Source: Candidatus Dojkabacteria bacterium (GTDB lineage: Bacteria > Patescibacteriota > Dojkabacteria > J137). Taken from it: a stretch of 64,000 bases of DNA. Below are positions 58,222 through 64,000 of this stretch, one piece after another. The notes below the pieces were generated by a model. That model was not told where the DNA came from, did no database searches, and was given only the letters and a program-made list of their open reading frames with translations. The stretch lies in the NCBI GenBank assembly GCA_040006935.1, contig JBDTVZ010000002.1, positions 208,174 through 272,173 of the forward strand, read 5' to 3'. Position 1 is the first letter of the stretch, and each line of letters starts with the position of its first letter. The position numbers and the translations under genes are program-made.

Positions 58222-58821
58222 TTAATTAAAGTGAAATGAATTTAAAATAATATTAAAATCAGCTTCGTATTGAGAGTTATCGTAATGTCCATCTGTTGGA
58301 TACGCATCAAACAAGGTAAACATTATTTTCACTGCATTCTGTCCATCACTAAACCAATATGTATCGTACTTTATATGCTCACTTGAGTATTTGTAAAAGA
58401 TCCCATTGTTATTATTTATTGTAATACTTTCCCATGGATTACCTCCATCATATACAGATGCCCATGCTTTCAGATCAGCACCTTTCCCTTCAAAATATAA
58501 AACTGTCACTATTTCATTTTTTGAAAACCCACCATATACTTTAGGTCGTAATCCCATATCTTCTCTCTTTGGTACAAATTCCCAACTATCTGGATATTTA
58601 TAACTGAATCTCCCACTCGGATGTGTATAGTTTATTGTATTACTAATCGGATAGGATATTACATTATTGGTCTGTACGGGATACGACACATTGCTTTGAT
58701 TATTAACTACATCCAAAAGATTATTTTTACCTAATTGATATAATAGAAATAGTGCACCGCTGGCTGTAATTAAAATCACCAAAGGTATTATCATGATGAG
58801 AAGTAGGAATTTTTTGTTCAT
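58222..58821 (-). CDS. hypothetical membrane-anchored protein
   Basis: N-terminal TM. 6 nt from the CHAP gene. Confidence 0.4.
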   Translation of the reverse strand: MNKKFLLLIMIIPLVILITASGALFLLYQLGKNNLLDVVNNQSNVSYPVQTNNVISYPISNTINYTHPSGRFSYKYPDSWEFVPKREDMGLRPKVYGGFSKNEIVTVLYFEGKGADLKAWASVYDGGNPWESITINNNNGIFYKYSSEHIKYDTYWFSDGQNAVKIMFTLFDAYPTDGHYDNSQYEADFNIILNSFHFN

Positions 58822-58826
58822 TATTA

Positions 58827-59474
58827 TTAATTAATATATAGATGTACACTACTTCCAATTTGGAAAGTAGCACTTGGTGAAACCGTTATACTTCCTCCAT
58901 TTGATGCTGAACAATTAAATGTTTCACCTGAACTTACTGTTTTATTACTAATAGTTGAGCTACATGTGCTTGTAGCATTTATTAGATGTAAATAATGATC
59001 TCCAGATACATTATCTCTTTCAAAATATTTACCATCTCCATAGTTCCAATTCCATTCTGAAATAAATAGTGTATTATTTGAATGTACTTGTTCAACCCAC
59101 GCTACATGACCTGCCGTCCCTGCACCACCACTATTTGGCTCCCAGTTTGCTGGATTGCCTATACTAGGGTTACTATCAACAGTATATCCTATTTGTGCGG
59201 CATGTTCATCCCACGAACCGGCATCACCCATGGTAGTATTTTGCCCATTTGGACCAGTAGGATTGTTATTAAAGAATAATCCTGCTTGGTTAATTTTCCA
59301 CATAACATACGATGTGCAATTTCTTGTGAAGGTATTCCACTGGTCAATTTCATCTTCAGGTGAATTAGCATAGGGATAATCCACCTCATTACTTGGATAT
59401 GTCCATGCAAATACGATTGAGGGCATTAAAATAGCAATTAGGAGAGAAAAAGTTAATAATTTCAATTTCTTCAT
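58827..59474 (-). CDS. secreted CHAP-domain amidase/peptidase
   Basis: Signal peptide. NCTSYVMWKINQAG (catalytic Cys) and AGHVAWVEQV...ISEWNW (His) follow the CHAP pattern. Confidence 0.7.
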   Translation of the reverse strand: MKKLKLLTFSLLIAILMPSIVFAWTYPSNEVDYPYANSPEDEIDQWNTFTRNCTSYVMWKINQAGLFFNNNPTGPNGQNTTMGDAGSWDEHAAQIGYTVDSNPSIGNPANWEPNSGGAGTAGHVAWVEQVHSNNTLFISEWNWNYGDGKYFERDNVSGDHYLHLINATSTCSSTISNKTVSSGETFNCSASNGGSITVSPSATFQIGSSVHLYIN

Positions 59475-59483
59475 TTTAAATTT

Positions 59484-60269
59484 TTAAAAGTTTATATCAA
59501 CATCACTATTAGGTTGATCTTTACCATCAACTTTATTTTTTCTCCCCAGGAAAGCTTTACCATTCTTTATTTCGATGTGATCAAAATAAGGTAAAGTCCC
59601 ATTTGATAATTTATCTGCGACCTTTTTAGTCTTGAAATTTTTGTCTTTTATATTATATTTCTTTAGTGACAAGCTTACCTGAGTACAATGGTTATCAACA
59701 CAAGAAGAATTAGGACTTAGGTATATTAGAACATTATCATCTATCCACTTAGTCTCGGGAGTGTAAAGTCCATTCAAATCAGTAACGATTCTTCCTGTAT
59801 AAATATCGATTAGTGATAGCCTTACCTCACCAGCGCTTTGTGCTCTTTCAGCTAGGACAAGGGTTTTGGAATCTGGGCTAATCGATATTGGGTATTTATA
59901 GTAACCAGAATTATCAAATTCAATTTGCTTTATAACTTTCTTATCTTTAAGTGAATAAACATAAATATACTTTTCTGCTCCCCAACTAGTTGAACTCTTG
60001 ATAGTGTAGTAAAACATATTTTTGTTCTGATCCCAGAATCCTTCATTAGAATCAATTTCAATTGGATTGCCTTTTGCAGTCTTAAAGACTTTACCATTGA
60101 TTATTTCAAAACTATCGTTTACTGACTCTTTGATATTTGGATAACTGGTAGGATAACTAGTTGCACTTAAACTAGAATCCACATTTGCAAATACCTGATT
60201 TATAGATAAGATTAAAACTACTAATATAATAGGTATGGTAGCTAAAAGGTTTTTATATTTAGTCTTCAT
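59484..60269 (-). CDS. hypothetical secreted PD40-like protein
   Basis: Signal peptide; ISPDSKTLVLAE motif. Confidence 0.4.
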   Translation of the reverse strand: MKTKYKNLLATIPIILVVLILSINQVFANVDSSLSATSYPTSYPNIKESVNDSFEIINGKVFKTAKGNPIEIDSNEGFWDQNKNMFYYTIKSSTSWGAEKYIYVYSLKDKKVIKQIEFDNSGYYKYPISISPDSKTLVLAERAQSAGEVRLSLIDIYTGRIVTDLNGLYTPETKWIDDNVLIYLSPNSSCVDNHCTQVSLSLKKYNIKDKNFKTKKVADKLSNGTLPYFDHIEIKNGKAFLGRKNKVDGKDQPNSDVDINF

Positions 60270-60286
60270 AAAGTTATAGATTAAAA

Positions 60287-61159
60287 TTAATTACTGGGCA
60301 TACCACTTTCTAATTTATCCAACCTTGTTTCCAATTCATTGATCTTTTTATCTTGTTGGATTGTGTAAAGGGTTAACTCTTCAATCTTTGCCATTTGACG
60401 AATTTGCATATCTGCTACAGAAATACCTGCTGTTTCAACTTGAACAGCAGAAGGTATGTCTGGCAAATGTTTATTTTCTGCAATAAAATTTTCAAGATTA
60501 CTTAAGGACATTAATTGGTAATTATTGTCAAAAACATAGTCAGCCCACCCACTGTTTGTAACTATCAATTCTTTTGTTTTTATAGTTCCATTAACGTTAA
60601 GCTTACTATCTGTGGTAGTTGTTCCAATCCCAACATTCCCATTTGTTCCAATATAAATATCAGTATTTATTCCTGCCCCGATTCCGCTTGTTCTTCCAAA
60701 GTATAATCCAGCATTATTTAATACACTCATCCCATATTTTTGACTTGTTCCATTATTTGGAATCACTACAAGAGTAGACCCTCCATTAATTGGAGCTTGC
60801 GCAGCAGTACCTCCAGTGGAACTAATGAATAAGTCCCTGAACACTCCCGACCCCGACCCCGCCGTTCTTCCAAAATATAATCCATCACTTATTACATTTG
60901 TCATTCCGAATTTTTGACTGGTTCCATTACTTGGAATTACTACGAAAGTTGACCCACCGTTTGTAGTTTGTTTACTTTGAATTTCTCCTGTAATATCTAA
61001 CTTTGTTGATGGTGTTAATGTACCGAGGCCTACGTTACCATCGTTATAATACATAGAAGTTCCATTTGTCGACCATTGCCCTATTGTTGCACTAATTAAT
61101 TCTGGCTGTATTACGATTAACAATAGTAATATCGACAGAAAGAGAACACTTTTCTTCAT
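60287..61159 (-). CDS. secreted protein with duplicated Gly/Ser/Thr-rich module and C-terminal tail-fibre-like domain
   Basis: Two copies of NGGST.VVIP.NGTSQK.GM......GLYFGRT.G.G.G. The C-terminus WADYVFDNNYQLMSLSNLENFIAENKHLPDIPSA...KIEELTLYTIQQDKKINELE matches the module annotated as a tail fibre domain in Bacteroidetes surface proteins (from memory). Confidence 0.5.
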   Translation of the reverse strand: MKKSVLFLSILLLLIVIQPELISATIGQWSTNGTSMYYNDGNVGLGTLTPSTKLDITGEIQSKQTTNGGSTFVVIPSNGTSQKFGMTNVISDGLYFGRTAGSGSGVFRDLFISSTGGTAAQAPINGGSTLVVIPNNGTSQKYGMSVLNNAGLYFGRTSGIGAGINTDIYIGTNGNVGIGTTTTDSKLNVNGTIKTKELIVTNSGWADYVFDNNYQLMSLSNLENFIAENKHLPDIPSAVQVETAGISVADMQIRQMAKIEELTLYTIQQDKKINELETRLDKLESGMPSN

Positions 61160-61301
61160 GAATAGAAGTTAATAAATAAAATTAAAAAGTGATTAATATT
61201 ATCCTGCACAATTCTTTATACTACTGAGAAGATTGTAACTTACTAATTTAGGAATAGCATTGTGCCGCAATACAAATTCGGAGAGAAAATCACTATAGGA
61301 T

Positions 61302-61553
61302 TTAAATGACCTCTTTAACCAGCCCGATCTCAATATTCTCTACTATCCCAAACAAATAAGCGATTTCAACTTTACTCAAATCCAACGCCTCTGCAATTGC
61401 AAACAAAGTTTCTTTTGTTGGATTTACTTTGCCTGATTCTAGTCTCGAAAGACTTCCGTCTGACGCTTCTATCAATCTTTCGAGTTTTAATTGACTTATT
61501 AGAGCACGCAGCCTGAAATACCTTACTTTTTTTCCTATTTTTTGACTTTGCAT
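61302..61553 (-). CDS. XRE-family helix-turn-helix transcriptional regulator
   Basis: LRALISQLKLERLIEASDGSLSRLESGKVNPTKETLFAIAEAL is the typical HTH_XRE core. Confidence 0.7.
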   Translation of the reverse strand: MQSQKIGKKVRYFRLRALISQLKLERLIEASDGSLSRLESGKVNPTKETLFAIAEALDLSKVEIAYLFGIVENIEIGLVKEVI

Positions 61554-61670
61554 TTGCTTAAGTTAAAAAAGCAGGAGTGATAAAAGAAAACGAACAAAAT
61601 AAGATTATTCTGCTATAATCTTCTAGATTCTCCCAAGAATCGATTTAGCTGATTATGTTGCTCCAACAAC

Positions 61671-61943
61671 TTAGTCAGCTTTTATATTTAATATAGTTTT
61701 CCAAATATCAAAACTTACTCCCTTAGAATCCAACTCTAAAAAGGCTAAGCCTTTAACAAAGTTAGGATTAAAAATATCTTCAACTTCAAATCCAAGAATA
61801 TAGGCTTTTTCCACAACATTGATTCCTAGATCGAAACATAATTCGTCGATAGAATCTTTATCGACTATTTTTAAACTATCTGTGACAATGTTCTTCGATT
61901 CTAGAACTTCTTCTAGCCTCTCTTTAAGAGTAGGTACTGACAT
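61671..61943 (-). CDS. hypothetical small acidic protein
   Basis: 90 aa, no motif. Confidence 0.35.
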   Translation of the reverse strand: MSVPTLKERLEEVLESKNIVTDSLKIVDKDSIDELCFDLGINVVEKAYILGFEVEDIFNPNFVKGLAFLELDSKGVSFDIWKTILNIKAD

Positions 61944-62169
61944 AAACAGTAAGGTAATAAATAAATTATGATAACCTCTGTAATCCTTACCTGATTATAA
62001 ATCCGAGCAGTTAAAATTTCAACACTTTGTAAATTTTGACTATACAGAATTGTATAAATAGCTTTGACATCACATCTATCTAGAATTCTTACTGGGTTTG
62101 TAATTTAATATCATATCCTCTAGAGATATAGATTATGTTAGAATCAAAACAACATATTACAAATTTTCT

Positions 62170-62922
62170 ATGGGAAAAATTGAAATTTCTTTACAAGAAT
62201 ATGGATTAAGTGACGTAGAAAGTAAGCTTTATTTTGCACTCCTTAAAGGTGGAGCATCTACTGTTATCGACTTAGCCAAGAGAACAGCTTTGAATAGAGC
62301 AACAGCCCATATAAATTTGAAATCCTTAATTGAGCTAGGATTGGCATCGGAATTACATAAGGGAAACAAAAGAGTAATAATTGCAGAACCACCAGAAAAA
62401 CTTTCATACTTAGTTGAACAAGAGAAATGGAAGCTCAAAAGGAAGGAAGATAATTTAAAAGATGTTGTAGGATCTATTTACGATATGGTGGACAATGTGA
62501 AGGAGAATACATTTTCTCAGGTAAAGTATTACGAAGGGAAGAAAGCGGTATCAAAACTCTATGATGAAATATTGAAGTCTAAAGAAATTAGATCCTATGC
62601 CAATACAGAAGAAATCACAAAGATCTTTCCGGAAAACTTTGACTTATTTATAAATTATGCCAAGCAAAAAGGTGAACTTTGGGATCTACTTATTAGTAAT
62701 CCTCATTCTGAGCAATATATTAATTTAAAGGATATTCCAAAATATCATCTTAAATACTTCCCTGAAAACATGAGCTTTGAACCGTGTGACTATTTAATTT
62801 ATGAAGATAAAATAGCAACTATTTACGGAGAAAGAAAACCCTATGCTATCGTAATAAAGAATGAATTATTAGCGAAAAATGCTTTAAATATTCACAAATT
62901 GCTCTGGAACTTGTTACCTTGA
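62170..62922 (+). CDS. TrmB-family transcriptional regulator (paralog of 37916..38698)
   Basis: LSDVESKLYFALLKGGASTVIDLAKRTALNRATAHINLKSLIELGLAS (wHTH). Confidence 0.5.
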   Translation: MGKIEISLQEYGLSDVESKLYFALLKGGASTVIDLAKRTALNRATAHINLKSLIELGLASELHKGNKRVIIAEPPEKLSYLVEQEKWKLKRKEDNLKDVVGSIYDMVDNVKENTFSQVKYYEGKKAVSKLYDEILKSKEIRSYANTEEITKIFPENFDLFINYAKQKGELWDLLISNPHSEQYINLKDIPKYHLKYFPENMSFEPCDYLIYEDKIATIYGERKPYAIVIKNELLAKNALNIHKLLWNLLP

Positions 62923-62924
62923 GT

Positions 62925-63788
62925 TTACTCAGGCTTTTCAGCATAAATAATTTGATACAATGATGCCCTATCACTCCATTCGTCCATCCATTTAATATCA
63001 AAATTCTCTTGCATATTAGCTAGTTCAGCTTTTAATCTTTTTCCCATTGCTCCGTTCATCGAAGCTCTTAAATTAACTATCTTTATATTTGCAAAACCCG
63101 CATCATTCATTAATCTATAGATAGTTTCAGGTCTCCAACAATAATCAACAAAGTCAACTTTTTCACCTCTATAAGACTCCAATGAATTATTGAAGGGTTT
63201 TCCATCTGCATAAATTGCATCACTTGGAAGACTATGGTGATAATACCTATAGTGAGAATCATCGCTCAAACTATCAGGATTTAATTGCAATGTTGCAAAC
63301 AAACCACCTGGTGCTAAAGCATTATAAGTCTTTCTTATAAGACCATCTAACGATTCGATTTTACTTATAGTCGGAATCACAAATCCTGCAAATGCAGCAT
63401 TAAATTTTCCTAATGAATCCGGAATAGGAGAATTTTCTGGAACGTAAGCAAAAGCCATATCTTCTCGCTCTGAATATCTATCATTAGCTTTCTCTACATT
63501 CTCCGGTTGAATATCAATACCAACAACCTGACTTGCCTCTGCACCAGCGACTAATTTTTCTGTATTTGTTCCATTTAGACAACCAATATCTAGAACCCTT
63601 CCACCTGTCGCATAGAATTTAATTAGTTCGAAGGCTACTTTATATGGAGCAATGTCACTAGGGATGGCCTCTTGAAGTAATTTATCGTACTGCTCTGACA
63701 ACCCATTTACCCACCGAGTTTCTGGTAAACCAGCTCCCCAGAATTGTTTGTTTAAATCATCCATTTGTAGAATTTTATGTAATGTCAT
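62925..63788 (-). CDS. class I SAM-dependent methyltransferase
   Basis: VLDIGCLNGTN (motif I), GGLFATLQ (post-II). Confidence 0.75.
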   Translation of the reverse strand: MTLHKILQMDDLNKQFWGAGLPETRWVNGLSEQYDKLLQEAIPSDIAPYKVAFELIKFYATGGRVLDIGCLNGTNTEKLVAGAEASQVVGIDIQPENVEKANDRYSEREDMAFAYVPENSPIPDSLGKFNAAFAGFVIPTISKIESLDGLIRKTYNALAPGGLFATLQLNPDSLSDDSHYRYYHHSLPSDAIYADGKPFNNSLESYRGEKVDFVDYCWRPETIYRLMNDAGFANIKIVNLRASMNGAMGKRLKAELANMQENFDIKWMDEWSDRASLYQIIYAEKPE

Positions 63789-64000
63789 TATACCAGACTA
63801 ATCAATAAAAATGAACAAATTGTCATTGATTGGCAGCAATTTTTTTGTCTAATTATTTTAATATATTCCACATAAAATCAAAGATTGCCTTTGTATTCTC
63901 GTAGTAGTCTTTATTATCAATAATAACTCCTGTAATCGAGTCTTTGAAATTAACAAGCGCTACTTTATTATCGAACATTAAAATATCAACAGCTGATAAA

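Noticed and set aside
61302-61943. HigB/RelE-type toxin plus XRE antitoxin pair
   Set aside because: The upstream 90-aa protein is acidic and lacks the basic catalytic residues of RelE/HigB toxins, and the 117-nt gap is large for a TA operon.
1-64000. CRISPR array or cas genes
   Set aside because: No regularly spaced direct repeats and no Cas-like proteins. The only tandem repeats are coding (50236-51226) or simple-sequence (42170-42250).
1-64000. Alternative genetic code (UGA recoding, as in some reduced lineages)
   Set aside because: Long conserved genes (ahcY, gatB, rnj, trpS, SDR-DUF4012 at 1048 aa) read through intact with the standard code and end at positions matching homologue lengths.

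Overview
The window is 64 kb of low-GC (roughly 30-33% by eye), densely coding bacterial DNA with the standard genetic code; long genes read through intact, so there is no stop-codon reassignment. Gene content and style (archaeal-type UMP kinase, bacterial Elp3, TrmB-family regulators, RNase J, DUF4012-like envelope proteins, many secreted PD40/Ig-like repeat proteins, tiny intergenic spacers) are consistent with a reduced-genome, probably episymbiotic lineage such as Patescibacteria/CPR. I cannot confirm that without searches.

The first ~23 kb is housekeeping:
- dnaG (partial)
- rpiB, uppP, rluA, greA
- ahcY with a PfkB kinase
- trxA and trxB
- trpS, gatB

The rest is an accessory-like region rich in cell-envelope and surface genes:
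- two DUF4012-like paralogs, a GT4 glycosyltransferase, an FtsW/RodA-family protein, a ManC-like nucleotidyltransferase
- an ABC-2 exporter
- a putative cohesin/dockerin pair with an EnvC-like M23 peptidase
- large tandem-repeat surface proteins
- a CHAP peptidase and a tail-fibre-like protein under an XRE regulator
- tRNA-modification genes (a TsaC-TsaE fusion, Elp3) and several SAM methyltransferases

I found no rRNA or tRNA genes, CRISPR arrays, transposase or integrase genes.

Non-coding highlights:
- a family of short GC-rich palindromic repeat units scattered through intergenic spacers, with exact 12-19 nt cores shared between distant loci
- a 470-bp repeat-riddled spacer (37443-37915) that holds a decayed 3' fragment of a cysteine desulfurase gene
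- a GNAT gene with anomalously high GC, a likely horizontal acquisition
- a 19-nt palindromic motif shared by the trxA and trxB upstream regions

The most unusual protein architectures are three fusions: a YbaK/ProX-like deacylase joined to TrpRS, TsaC joined to TsaE, and an SDR/epimerase Rossmann domain joined to a DUF4012-like ectodomain. All family assignments rest on motifs read directly from the translations and need profile searches to confirm.
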